A stretch of DNA of 64,000 nt from Amphiscolops sp. MND2022 (Eukaryota), in assembly GCA_964187785.1 (NCBI GenBank), contig OZ076411.1:37882001-37946000 (forward strand), written 5' to 3'. The position numbers were made by a program, and so were the translations under genes. The notes beneath the pieces are model-generated. The model did not search any database and was not told the origin of the DNA. It was given only the letters and a program-made list of their open reading frames with translations. Positions 37,490-50,301 of this stretch are shown here, in pieces (within the stretch, counting starts at the first letter, position 1; each line of letters starts with the position of its first letter).

Positions 37490-40400
37490 TTATGAAGAAA
37501 CTTTTTCCCCTGAATTGAATTCATTAGAGATTTTTGTATTGCATACAAGTTTCTTCGTTCGACTGTGATACTTCATTCTAGCTGTTGGTATCGTATTAGG
37601 ACCAGTGAAGGCTGGTAGTAGGTTATTTGGATATTTCCAGAAGTAAAAACATGATTTATAGTCAAGAAAAATTCTTATTGGAAGTATATTGTGTTCAATT
37701 TTCAAATCACTAGATGAGTCCTGTTTTTGACGATCAAAACAGGCTTTTACACCCCAACTCAACTGTTTTTCAAGTGTTGTTAAGAGATTTTGTGAAATGC
37801 CTCGAAGCAATATTGCTGGATAATGAAGATGACTAAGAACTAGAGCATTCAGGTGCAATAGACAATTTTTTTCCAGCAAGAATTGTTTCACTGCATAGAT
37901 TGTTTAATTACCACAGGCCATTTTCATCAAGATCTGCTTCACTTCATTTTCGTAAGTTAGATTTTGGTCTAGGTAAACTCCAAGATACTTTACAAAAGTA
38001 CTAAGACTTGTTGAGTGATATTTCACTTGTAATTTGAGATTTTTTGTTAATTCGTTCTGGGAATTTTGCAGAAGACAATGAATTCGGTTTTATCTTCATT
38101 GAGAATAAGTCTAGGACTTTCGAAATATTCAAATAATTTGGCAATATTATTTTCAAGTCGTTGCTTAGCAGTATTGACAAATTTGTCGGCAACAAAAATA
38201 AAAATATCGTCTGCGTATTGGACTATTTTACATGTTTCATCAATTATGTTCTGCATACTGTTAACGTAGAGGATGAATAATAGAGGTCCAAGAACGGACC
38301 CTGTGGAACACCTTTATATAGGCTAATCCAATCTGATGACGTATTTTGAAGAATTACTTTTTGAGTTCGGTTGGTCAAATAGCTTTTAATTAGGGCAATT
38401 GCAGTAGAGTCGAAATGATATCCTTCAAGTTTTTTTATAAGAATTTCATGGGAAATTGAGTCAAAAGGTTTTGATAGATCGAGAAAGGCAGCTGCTACCA
38501 TTTTAATTTTGTTAATATCTGATCTGATATTTTCAGTGGCATACAAAAGGGCATCAGTTGTTGAGAATTTTGCACGAAATCCAAACTGGAGAGGACTTAA
38601 ATGGTTATGTTTATTAAGATATTCAACCACCTGATTACGAATTATCTTTTCAAAAGTTTTTGAAATTGCCGATGTGATTGAGATTGGTCTATAATTGTTT
38701 GGTTCTTCGGTGTCACCGTTTTTGTATAATGGTAAAACATGTGCTCTCTTGAGATGATTCGGAAACCTTCCTTCTTCTAAAAATGCGTTTATTGAATAAC
38801 TAAGAGGTTCAGCTATAAAGTTGAGACAATCTTTGAGCGCCCAAGCAGGAATATTTGATGGTCCGAGCGGTTTGTTTGATTTTAATTGTCTCACTATTTG
38901 CTTACACTCAAAAAATGTAATGGGAATAAACTTGAATTTGGTTTTATTCCTGATTGTCCCATCAATAAGCTCCTCGCTGAATGTTCTTATTCCACCTAAA
39001 CAGTCACCCCATTTGGAAAATCTATAGTTTAGAAGATTTGCTGTTTTCGTTTGATCTAATACAGTTTCGCCAAAAAGATTTTTCAGAGATGAAATTATTG
39101 TTTTGGTTTTCAGTCAGTGATTTTCTGGCTTCATTTATAAAATTCCATTTTTCTCTATCATTGGATAGATCAGCAAAAACATTTGTTAAATAATCATTAG
39201 GATCAGAGTTCAAACTTTCAATAAAACTGCTCTGGAAAAGTATATATTTTGCGTCAGAAGGATTCATACTCTGATGTATTTGTTTGTAATGTTGTTTAGT
39301 CTTTTCCGTAACCCATTCCTGATGTAATGTTAAGTTACTTTAATCGTTCCGTATGAAGACCGTTTTTTTCAATATTGATTTGTTTAAAGAGTTTTCAAGG
39401 TAATTTGAGAATATTGAGAACAGTCCTTTTGCACAACTTTGTCCATAGAAATACTCCCAATCGCAATTTTGAACATAATAATGGAATAGTTCTTCAATAT
39501 AGGTTTTTTTTATCAAATATTGTTTTTCTAAAAACATTGGTTGTTTTCATCATTTGAATGTTAGAAATCACAGACGTGGCTAAATGATCAATAGGCTTTT
39601 TGCCGATGGTACGGAGAGGTGTGTCGGAAACAAAAGCTGTAAAAAATGCAGCATTGCTGTGATCTGTTATGATAAAATCAATCAATGTTTTTGATGTACC
39701 CTTAATTCTGGTAGGTTGATCACTATTGCTAACTATCAAGCCATATGGAGGAATTACTGTTTCCAAATCTTGTTTTTCCCTTGTGTTGAGATAATTAAAA
39801 TTATAGTCACCCATAAATGTCAAAGGTTTATTTTCAACAATTGCATGATCTATGCTGACTGACAATTCTTCTGGGAATTGATGATAAAGACTTTTGTTCG
39901 GGTTATAAGAAACATTTATGAGTTGTTTTTGCTTGCTGGAAGAATTATTGTTCACACTGCATTCTACCCAGAGACTTCCAAAAGTTTTCTTGTTCATGTA
40001 ATTCAGATCATTGCGCACTTTAGGATTCAGACTGGACGGAATTATTAACATTACTCCTCCACCACATTCTTTAGTCGGCGTATCTCTGTCCGCACGAAAT
40101 GTTTTGAAGTTGTTTGGAATATTTTTCCATAGTTTCAAACCATCTGTTTTTTTCAGCCATGTTTCCGAAATACCATATATGTAATTTGTACCAAGATCTT
40201 TTCTTATATCTTTTAGCGTCAACCTTTTTTAAATCAGGTTTTGCGCATTTACGTGGAAACTTTTCAAGTATTTGTGATTATTCTGGAATAACTTTGTTAA
40301 GGCCTCGAAGTTATTTTGAGGCCCCGGGTTTGTTTCAACGTCACCACTTAATTTAAGCTTGCGCTCGGAATACAAAGTATAAAGGGTTTTTACGTTTTTC

Positions 40401-40591
40401 ATCAGCACTAGTGGTAGTTCATATAAGCAATTAAGAGAGATTACCGTATCAAAAGATATAAAAAAGAAACATCGGGGGTTAGGTGCGGAATACCTTCTGC
40501 AGGACTGCATGCAAACAGGTGGCTGAAATATTTGCAGTTTGTTAACAATAAGGAGTATAAGTATAGAAACAAACTTTCCGTCTGGTCGCAT
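37490..40591 (-). pseudogene. LINE ORF2 (APE endonuclease plus reverse transcriptase)
   Basis: GISETWL, GGGVML, GDYN, TLIDFII, DHL (endonuclease); YRPISIT, QFGFR, FLDLSKPFD, GVPQG, YADD (RT). Confidence 0.93.
40319..40357 (-). other. 2A-like StopGo peptide LKLSGDVETNPGP
   Basis: Exact D(V/I)ExNPGP motif just before the endonuclease domain. Confidence 0.85.
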
Positions 40592-40753
40592 TCGTAAATT
40601 TATATTTAAAAGTCTTCCAACAACATAGCACCAATACTTAAAAGCTTAGTAGTAGCCACGCATGTAAGTGTTGCTCTGATTAGAATAACTGCGATTATCA
40701 TTCCATTTATTTCGATATTTCATTGGTCGGTTTGAATTAGATATGAAATTGTT

Positions 40754-41430
40754 TCAAGTTAAAAGGACATAAGAAATAATGGCATTTTTCAAAAACGGGA
40801 CAACCCTTTGGTAATTGAAATGAATAGCGTCATAAAAAACCTTTTTGTATGAGGGGAGATTCAATAACATGTCGTGCATAGCAAGAATTTTCATTTCGAA
40901 TTCAAAAGATTTCAATTTTGCTTTCATTTTCCGATTGAACAGTTTTATATTTTCATTTGTTGAGTCATTGTTGGTTAATATTTTGTTTGGGGGGACTTCC
41001 ATGAACACGCACACATCCGGAGAAAATTTTTCTTTAATCGCTTGTATGAGCACGCATGTATCATCTGCCAGTTCACTGATATCTTCGTTTTTGTTGCGCA
41101 GTATTGAATTTGTACCGTCCTTTAATAAAACAGTTTTCATTTTCAGATCGGGATATTGCTCCATCAAAGCCTATTTTTCCAGTGTATTTGATCCCCTGTA
41201 CGCATGCACGCTTACGTCTTCAGGGATAGATCGATCATTCATCAAATTTTTCATCAAGCTGCTTCCTATCACGAGGTTCTTTTTCTCGAATATCAAAAGC
41301 TTGAAGCGATCTCACCTGATTGTTTGATGCTGAAGTTTGATGGCTTGTTGGTTGTGAGGGGTTGCTTCTAGTTAGATAATCACTGACCGTAAGCACGTGC
41401 TTCTTTATAATGTCATCTTTTTCTTCCATC
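40754..41430 (-). pseudogene. LINE ORF1, SGNH/GDSL esterase-like
   Basis: LVIGSSL, AYRGS, DGTN, VFMEVPP, YDAIHFN blocks. Confidence 0.7.
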
Positions 41431-44400
41431 TTCTTGTTAGTTACAACGTAAATTTCGTATAATTGTTCTTCATTGGAGACTGAATGCTCGCTCAGCTTCT
41501 ATAGGCTGTGGCATGATACAAATTGGCTTCTTTTTAGTCGGCTTTTTCCAAAAGGAAATTTTTACAGGGGCAAGGTTTTTAGTCAGCAACTTTCATGATT
41601 TTTTCGTCGCTATGTGAAATTTGGGAAGAAAATACACAGAAAAAAGTTTCAAGAAGTTTCGAAAATGTTTCTTTCCTCACGAATTTTGGACTTTTGAGTT
41701 TTTCAGTTGCGGAAAACTGTCTAGAGAGTGACCGAGCCTCCGAGTCTTAAGAGTGACCTCATTTGTGACTTTTTGGTCCTTTGGTGGGCTGGTGAGAATT
41801 GTTTTTTCCGACACAGACTGTGCGTTTTTTTCTCGAAAAAACTTCTGCGGTCAAAGGCATTTTTGATTTTTGAGATCGTTTCGACTTGAAAAAAGCATTT
41901 TGCGAACTTGAGAGGTCTTTTCAGTTTTTCGTCACAATGAGACTTTTTCCGAGAGGAAACAATTCAAAAGCTTTTTCTTTACTATGCGACGTTTTCTTTT
42001 GCTTATTTAAATCGAAGCCCCTTCAATTTTTGGCAGAAACAAAACCACCTTTTGCGAGCAAAGAAGCTCTCGAATTATCGGTACTATGCGACTTATCGAA
42101 GACGCTTATTTCCGAAAATAATGAAAAAGTTCGTGAACAGTTTTCCTCAAAGTGTTTTTGGGAGGTTTTTTATCGAGGAAAATCGTTTTCCGAGCTTTAT
42201 GGTGATATCTTTGGGTTTTCAGATCCCGTTGAACTGGTAAAAAACTACTCAAGACCTGTGGAAAAGACCTACGGTGTGTTACTCTTTTTTAACTGTTTTT
42301 ACTTTTTGAGGAAAGATTTCATTTTGTCAAAGGGCACCCTTTTTATTACTTGAAAAGTTTTTGACTTTCAAAAACCGTTTTGTGAACTTGAAGGATCTCC
42401 TTCTCGGTTTTCCGGCACTATGACAGTTTTCCGGAAAGCAAAACGTACGACTTTTTTTCTACAAAAATTGGGTACTTTAATGTTTCAGGTATTTTTGGGA
42501 CTGTGAATTTGACACGTTTTCCAAAGTAGTTTTCTCTCGAATTTTCAAAACGCTTTGCTCTACTTGAACTTTGAACGTGGGCTGATTGAAGCTGTTCCTG
42601 GCGAGTATTTGTTTTTTTTCGCAACCCTCAGAAAGACCTAAAAAAGACCCAAAAATGACACAAACATAGTATTTCCCATTGTACAAAACTATTTCCCATT
42701 TTTAACGTTCTTATGGAATTTTTTAAAAAATATTTCGGCACATTTGGTGGCTTAGAATGTTGAAAACGTTCGAGAAGAAACAAGTTGCTGTGCAAATGGT
42801 TTTTTTGAAAAAATTAATACAATTTTTTTTGAAAAAAATGCCTCAGCCTCGAACTGAAATTGAAGAAAACTCCAAAAGTTCAGATTTTAAACGTTTTTCT
42901 GCAGTTTTTGTCACATTTTCAATGAACTTGCCGGCTTAGAATGTTGGAAACATTCAACACGAAACAAATTGGATGACGAAGAGGCTTCCTTGAAAATATG
43001 AATCATATTTTGTTTGAAAAATAGCCCTCAAATTCAGACCGAAATTGAAAAAAAATTCCAAAGAAGTTAGTATTTTACACACTTATTGGTATTTTTGTCT
43101 TTTTTCACAGTTTTTTATTGAATAGAAGGCTCAAAACTGCGACCGAAAATGACAAATATTCCGACATTTACCAATTTTTCACGTTTCTATGCAACTTTTA
43201 TGAAATGTTCCAGAGATTTCGTGAATCAGAACGTTGTAAATGTTCCACAACGATTAGACTTGTTGTCCAACAGAGTTGTTTAGGAAATAAAAAGTTGTCA
43301 AAAAGTGTTGATTTTTTCACATTGTTTTAATTTGACCCAAATACAGTAGAAAAGTGGAAAAAGTTGCAGTTTATGAAGCTTTTCATGTTTTTTCAGACCA
43401 ATTTTTGAATGTTTTTGTAAGAACGTCTGTTGAATTTTCGAAACGTTCCGCGAAAATATAAAGTTTCAGTTTGCAGTAAAGATTGCAGTTGATGTCCAGT
43501 TGGGTTTTGTGGGAGGTATTTGCTGATTTTTGTTCGGAAAATGTCTCAATATGACCCAAAAAATAAAAATAACAGATCGTTTCCTAAATTTGGCAACTTT
43601 AGTTATTGTTTGTAGTTGTTTTTGTAATTGTTAGTCAGGCCTGAAGCTTCAGACGATATTTGAGGCTAAGAGCACGACTTTTGAAGGAAAACTTGGTAGT
43701 TTTCTAAGTAGAACAATATCTCAGAATGACCCAAATTTGTCGCAAATCCAAAAACTTTTCCAATAACAAGCTTTGTTGGAAACTTACCCGAAAATTCCAT
43801 TTTTAGCACAACGAAAATATTCAACAGCGAAGAAACGCACAATAGAATAGACTTTTTAAAAATCAGTTTTATGTTCGAAAATAGCCTCAAAATGTCCTCA
43901 AAGTAACCAAAAAGTCCGACGTTTCACAACTTTTGACGATTTAATGTAACTTTTTTCCGCACTTTCAAAAGTTTCATGAATTGAACTTTGTAACGTTTCA
44001 TCAGTTTTTAACTATCATGTCCAATAAACTTTGTGAAAAAATGAAAGCAAGTTATTACTCGAAATCTGCCTCAATTTCAGCCCAGAATATCGAAAACCCA
44101 AATCTCTCTAGTTTGTCGTTTTTCCTGCAAATTGGGTATGTTTGCGCAAAATTTTTGTGGCTAGAATATGCAACTCACTCATAACCGAACGAACTGGCTA
44201 TGCAGTATGCTATTTTGAAGAGAGAGTAGCAGTGATTTGCGCCAAAACAATATCAATAATGGCTCTGACTAGTTGAAAAGGAAAATTTCCAAATTCAACG
44301 TTTCTGAATTTTTCGAGAATTTTGCATCGTTGGGAGCATGAAATCGCTCAACTGCGATCAAAAGCGTTATCAAGTAGGCTTTTCGAAGGTCGAATGCAGT

Positions 44401-45300
44401 TTCACGTTAAAAACAGCCTCAAAATTACCCCGAAAAAAGTAGGTAAACAATCAAATTTTGGGAGTTGTTCGACAATTTAGTGAATTTTTGATAAAAGTTA
44501 CAAGAGTTTCGTGAAATTCGAAACCTCTAAGCTTTTTAAATAGGCATGCAGAATGTTTGGTAAAAACGTTTAGACTTTTGTATTAAAACGTTCGTCATAA
44601 CGACTTGATCAAATATTCCAAAAAGTTCTTGTTCATGAAGTTTTTATATACTTTTTTGTAAACAGTTCGAGCAATTTCGTCATTCGACAACGACTGAACC
44701 CGGTATCCAGTAGGCATTTATGAAAATACACCTGCAGTTGTTTGGAAAAGTGTCTCAAATGACCGCAAAGTTGTTTAAAAATCTAAAATTTCTGAATTTT
44801 TTTAAACGTTTTTAGCGAATTTTAGTGCAAAATTATAAAAAAATTGGTCGGTTAGGTTTTGCTATTCACAAAGGCCGACAACAAAACAAATTGGTGTTTA
44901 GTGTGTTCTTGAATTGTCTCCTTCTGAAATGGGATGACATTAATAAAAAAAGTGTCGAAACTTTCTTTCATCAAACTTCTATGCGTTTTCATAATGCAAA
45001 GGCTACTCTTGAGCCTCAAAAATGTCGTTGCTAGAACAGTTAGGAAAATATCCTGCTGGGCAGCGGGCTTCTTGTTTGCATCCTTTTCATTCATGTTTGT
45101 TTCCAATTGTTTTATTAACTTTAGCTGCTTCATAGTCGACGGCTTCCGTCAAGTTGCCGCTGCAATCTTCTCCAATATTTTAGCTCGTCTAAAGCTGTTC
45201 CGTTCTGTAAATTTTTCACGATCATGCAAGTGTCCACCTTGAGCGCATTTGTTCATTCTCTCAAGTTGGCCATTTACACCACAGTTGCAGCAAATGTCGT

Positions 45301-45990
45301 TTTTAGTCGGCGCTTCATGAAGTGAAACGCGACTATTATAGTGACTTTTCTTTTTTTTTTTTTTTTTTTTTCAATCCACACGAACTGACCAAAATAGTTC
45401 TTAAAAGTTCTACAAAATATTATTGGTCCAAAATGCACTATTTGGTCTAGCGAACTGAACCAAAAAGGTTTTTCCTGTTTTTCCGCGTAACAAACCATAC
45501 CGGGCGAGACCAAAGACTCCCCCCTTTCATTTTTTTCGGCACTGCGAGACTTTTTTTCCGAAAAAAAATTTTTTCCCCAAAGGGTCCCCCTGCATTTTTT
45601 TGATGTTTTGCGACAGAATGGATGTTGAAAAATCCCAAAGGGTCCCCCCTTTCAGTTTTTTTCGGCATTGTGAGATTTTTTCCCGAAAATGAAAATTTTT
45701 GTTTTCTTCAATTTTTTCATGTTTTGCGACAGAATGGATGTTGAAAAACCTCAAAGGGTCCTCCCTTTCAGTTTTTCGGCATTGTGAGACTTTAGCGCGC
45801 CAGGGGCTCGCGCTAGCGAGCCCCGGCGCGCCACTCGGTCCATTTTTTTGAGTATGTAATTTTTTCGAAAAATTTTTTTTCAAAAAATTTCGATTTTCGA
45901 GTACTGTAAAAGAGTACTTGACACTTGGAAGTCGTTTTGCTATTTTTGAGCCTTGGATATGGCGCCGACTTGGGCCGGTCCCGGCTTGTT
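45301..45990. mobile_element. non-autonomous interspersed repeat with internal subrepeats and GC hairpin (Helentron/HINE-like)
   Basis: Inverted homologue at 57410-58014 with matching ends. About 130-bp internal subrepeats; hairpin at 45795-45831. Class assignment is tentative. Confidence 0.6.
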
Positions 45991-46928
45991 TGCTCTATAA
46001 ATAGATAAATGTTTTGGGCGGAATTCAAGTGCACATCTCTTGAATGGGGAAACTCTCACTTATTTCACAGACATGTTATGATTTTATGTCAGTCTGACCA
46101 AAAGTCTTATGACGTATGACACCTTGTTCAAATGCTATTGCGAATCGCATTGCTTGATCGAGCAGCTTCCAAGAAAATCGAAGAAAACCTCCCCGTCAAG
46201 AAAAGTATCTTAAAGCGGGGCCCTTTAGGCTTGAGAAAACGTTTTTTCCACTTCAAAAATCTAAAAACTAGAAGGGACCTTTTGATATCGTGTAATTCTG
46301 TAATTCAAAAAAAATGTTTCAAAAAAGAGTTCGGTTTTTGATGTTTACAGATCTCTGGCTAAAAGTCTGTGAACAGGCGACCATTTATTATTTATTGGCA
46401 ATTCTTTGGCGTGGAGATACTAAAGAAAACTAATCACTGCTATAGTGGGGCACTTTTTCTTACTACAACTGTAGCCGGGAAGTTTTTCTTACTAAAAATG
46501 AAAAAGCAAAACGCACGAAATATTTTCCTTGGGTTCATATTTATTGGATTCACAATCGACCAATGAATAACTTACTACTCTGCTCCGAAGTACAAATTTC
46601 TTCATTTCATTTGCATAAGCACTAATAAGAAATCGTTTCTGCTTTCACCTCGTTGTCACTCTCAGCAGATCGCACTGTGATTATTTAGACAATCATTCCG
46701 AGTATTGGGGGAGTTATTAAACTCCGCCAAGATGATAATATATCTGGGCTGAAAAAAAAAAGAGAATAGAAAAAATTCTTTAAATTGCTGAATTTTAATG
46801 AACCGATTCGCTGGACTGTTTTTAGACAACAACTTAGTTGTATACCAGATACAACATAGCTGATATTATAAATTGGTTAGATAATTTAGTCACAAAAATA
46901 ATGGATTATACTTATATCTAGGGTTTAG

Positions 46929-47900
46929 TTATCCACTATGTACTGAGATAACCTCAAGCAATCTATCAAGTTTTTGATGAAGAAACTTTTTATCATTTCG
47001 ATTGTACTGAGCTTCTTTTAATACCGGAAGCGCTCTGATGAGAACTTCTATCTTTTCATTGGCTGCCGACAAGGCTTCTAAATCTACTTCGACAATTTCA
47101 CAGAGACACCACGATGCAGCTAACTTCGTTTCGACTGCTACCTTCTCCGCTAGAACAGCATCTATCAGGATTGGTAAGGCATTCGGAGTTTCGACTGTTT
47201 TTTGGACTCCCAAATTTGGGCATTTTGTCAGCAAAACTCCGAGGGTCCTGGCAGCCGCGCTTTTACACCTTGGATGCTGGTGGATGATAAGTTCCATGGA
47301 TAACTCGCACGCACCTGCCATAACCAGTTCTTCACAATATTTGCTGGAATAATGGGCGATGTTCCCAATTCCTATAGCTGCCCAACTGCGAGCAATAGCG
47401 TCTGTATCTTTGTGCATAATGCCGATGTATAAAGGCAAGCCGTTCTCACTCACGAACTGTTCGATAATCATACCATAGGCTAAACAGTTGGATAGAGCAT
47501 TAACAAGTAACCTGCGAACTACGTTATCTTCCTCGTTGGGAATGGTTTGAAGCAACAAGCTGGAACCCCCGTTGTCATGGAAATAGTCGCAACCCTTTTG
47601 AAAGTCGTTTGTGAGCACAGCTAAAGTAGCTGCTGCAAACTTCCTCACATTCCGGTTGTGAGAGTTAATCAGCTTCAAAAGTTGCGCAATGGCTCCTTTG
47701 TCTATCATGTCTTCACTGACCAAGTCGTCTTCTTTGCATGACTCATACATGGCTTTCATGAGACCCTCTAGTTCCTCAGGGGTGCTCAATGTTTCAGATA
47801 GTTTCCTCAGTTTTTCCATGCTTTCTGTCGTGTCCGTTGATCTTCTTTCGACTACACTTTCACTGTACTGGCTGTGACTGTACTGGTCCGCTTCTGTCAC
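46929..47900 (-). CDS. armadillo-repeat protein (SPAG6/importin-alpha-like repeats)
   Basis: Uninterrupted 323-codon frame with ARM patterns (DKGAIAQLLKLI, NGLPLYI, AIGIGNIA, KSAAARTLG, NALPILI). First ATG at 47819 in good Kozak context; a NAGNAG acceptor near 47905 allows an upstream exon. Confidence 0.85.
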   Translation of the reverse strand: MTEADQYSHSQYSESVVERRSTDTTESMEKLRKLSETLSTPEELEGLMKAMYESCKEDDLVSEDMIDKGAIAQLLKLINSHNRNVRKFAAATLAVLTNDFQKGCDYFHDNGGSSLLLQTIPNEEDNVVRRLLVNALSNCLAYGMIIEQFVSENGLPLYIGIMHKDTDAIARSWAAIGIGNIAHYSSKYCEELVMAGACELSMELIIHQHPRCKSAAARTLGVLLTKCPNLGVQKTVETPNALPILIDAVLAEKVAVETKLAASWCLCEIVEVDLEALSAANEKIEVLIRALPVLKEAQYNRNDKKFLHQKLDRLLEVISVHSG

Positions 47901-48920
47901 ATTTCTGCTTGAAATTTAAAAATGTTTTCATTACTTTTCTACAGGCAAAATCATTAGCTTTGAATACAAATTTGAAAACTTAGAACTCCAATAAACAATT
48001 TTCAAGGAATTGAATGCTCTTTAATTCAAATTTTTAGTTCAGTGATTTCTGTTTTTGTTATGAAATGGAAATTCGGAAATTTTGTGGTTCGTCAATATTT
48101 TGATGATGGAAACAGTTTAACCGGCAAAATTATAACACTTTAAAACACTGTTATAAAATATAATGCCTTTCCAGAGCCTTGATTGCTACAAAAAAATACT
48201 TCCGTCATTTATCAATTTCGAAGCTGGAATTATACATTTGACAAAGGATAGCTGTAAAAGAAACAGTAAAAGACACACGGGGGGAATGTAGCAAATTCCC
48301 TATTTTTTACCAAATTTTCCCTAGGTTTCCCAATCAGACTCATAGTAGTCTGGACCATATATGACACAAATCGAATCATACAACATTTCGATTATGATCT
48401 TGCAATGAATCAGCTGGAATCAGATATTGTCCAGTCTAGTTATCATGTTTGCCATACAATGGTATGGACAAACGGGAGGCGGAAATTTTGTCGTCAGAAA
48501 TTCGTCATATTGATTAGAACAACAGGTGCCGGGTCACAAGTCCGAAAAAATGAAATTAAATTTTCTCGTCCAAAAATATTTCAGAAATCCCAGCGTCGTT
48601 CAAACGTAGTTTTCTTCACTCGTCAATGCAGAAATAAGCAAATTACATAACTTCGATTACATAAATATGATAATTTCAGAAAAACTTAGCGCTGTATAAT
48701 TCTCTTCAATTTGATTGGTTGACGGGGTCGAACCGGAACGAAGTCAAAGATGAAAGAATGAATTTTTCAATTTCTCCTAGTCAGCCATGTTCACATACTC
48801 CTAGTGCCCTAAATGCAGGAGCGAAGCGAAGCGGAGCGACGTGCCATATAGACATGCCTCAATGTTGCTACTTGACGAAGGGGGCGAAGCGACCGAGCCA
48901 TACAACAAATATGATAAGTA

Positions 48921-49044
48921 TTATTTCGGACTTGTGCAACCCAAATTCATTGTTGGAATTGTGCAACCCAAATTTATTTTCGGACTTGTGCAACCCAAAT
49001 TTATTTTCGGACTTGTGCAACCCAAATTTATTTTCGGGATTGTG
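48921..49044 (+). repeat. 27-bp minisatellite, about 4.5 copies
   Basis: Unit ATTTTCGGACTTGTGCAACCCAAATTT, preceded by a GAGCGAAGCGAAGCGGAGCG motif at about 48820. Confidence 0.9.
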
Positions 49045-49501
49045 AATAGCTGCCAGAACAACAGAATTCACAAAACGATACTATCCTATCATTCAATTAT
49101 TTAATTATCAATATGAGATCTTAAAACAAATTGAAGTTAAAAACAAAATTGAGTCAAAAAGTTAATGGCATTCAATCAACTCATCAAGACGCTTTTTAAG
49201 AAGCAGGATACTATCAATCCTGAACTATTTTATCAATCAACTTTCAGAAGTTTGCTCAACAACTGCACAGAAGGTTTGAGTATGCGTAGAAACTAATGTG
49301 TTTAAAAAATCTGTGAAAAGGGAAATTTTCATGAATGCTTCAAATTTTAAGTAAACGTTTTCTCGCAAAGTCATAATTTAAACAAGCAGTGATAGCAAAT
49401 ATTGCACAATTAACAATAATTATTTAGATAAGTAGACTCAATATTAATAGATGATTCTTTAAAAAAAAGTTAAATTTGACAGCCTTCATCGAACGTAATT
49501 A

Positions 49502-50301
49502 CCCTGGTTGAAAAAAAATGCGTTCCTTGCAAGGATCTTGCAAGATTTTCTTTCAAGGTCTTGCAAGATAATGCATTTTTCTGCAAGACATCTTGCAAGA
49601 AGCTTGCAAGAAAAAAAATTTCCTTGCAAGATTCTTCCAAGGAGAAATATTTCGTGGAAGGTTCTCCACAATTTTTTCATTTTTTATATTCATTGTTTTT
49701 GACTTCAAGTTGACTACTGCATCGTGACTATTAGATTCTGTCACAGAACGGGGTTTATTTACTAGAGGATTCAACCACCAAAAAGATGCAAACTCTAGAA
49801 AATATCTCTAAAAGTGTGATCTTAGTGAAGTTATTTGAAAAGTACTAGTACATTTCAGTGCCGCAACATTTAAAATACAGTTTCAGAGTATTCTGAAAAA
49901 TTTTTCCAACAAAATGGGGTAAGTACCAGGTATTGATTTGAAATTAGACTGTGCATAAAATTTCGATTGAAATTATTTTTCAATTTGTTAAATTACCCTT
50001 CTGAAATAATAGTTATTAACGTTTTTGACATTATTCTCAAATCACGACTACGTTAACATAATTTCTCAGTATGAAGTACATTGAACTCAAGAATCTTGCA
50101 AGGAAAGCATTTCCTTGCAAGATCTTTCAAGGAAAAAATTTCCTTGCAAGATCTTTCAAGGAAAAAATTTCCTTGCAAGATCTTTCAAGGAAAAAATTTC
50201 CTTGCAAGATCTTTCAAGGAAAACATTTCCTTGCAAGATCTTTCAAGGAAAACATTTCCTTGCAAGATCCTTGCAAGGAACGCATTTTTTCTCGACCAGG
50301 G
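49502..50301. mobile_element. MITE/foldback element with about 43-bp TIRs and TA target duplication
   Basis: CCCTGGTTGAAAAAAAATGCGTTCCTTGCAAGGATCTTGCAAG mirrored at the right end with 2 mismatches; TA on both sides. Internal CTTGCAAG arrays include a 29-bp unit repeated about 6 times at 50095-50270. Confidence 0.85.

Larger units (their letters stand above)
37273..41755 (-). mobile_element. non-LTR retrotransposon (CR1/L2-like LINE), near full length, decayed
   Basis: ORF1 esterase-like, followed by ORF2 with APE endonuclease and RT domains. Confidence 0.92.

Noticed and set aside
41760-44800. ORFs such as 41886-42353 and 42757-42939
   Set aside because: Phe/Lys-rich translations of A/T-run-rich repetitive DNA with no recognisable motifs.
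44825-45260. GC-richer patch with short overlapping ORFs
   Set aside because: No frame gives a recognisable protein; possibly an old pseudogene fragment, but this is unsupported.
48921-50270. 27-bp and 29-bp repeats as CRISPR arrays
   Set aside because: Units are head-to-tail with no unique spacers, there are no cas genes, and the context is eukaryotic.
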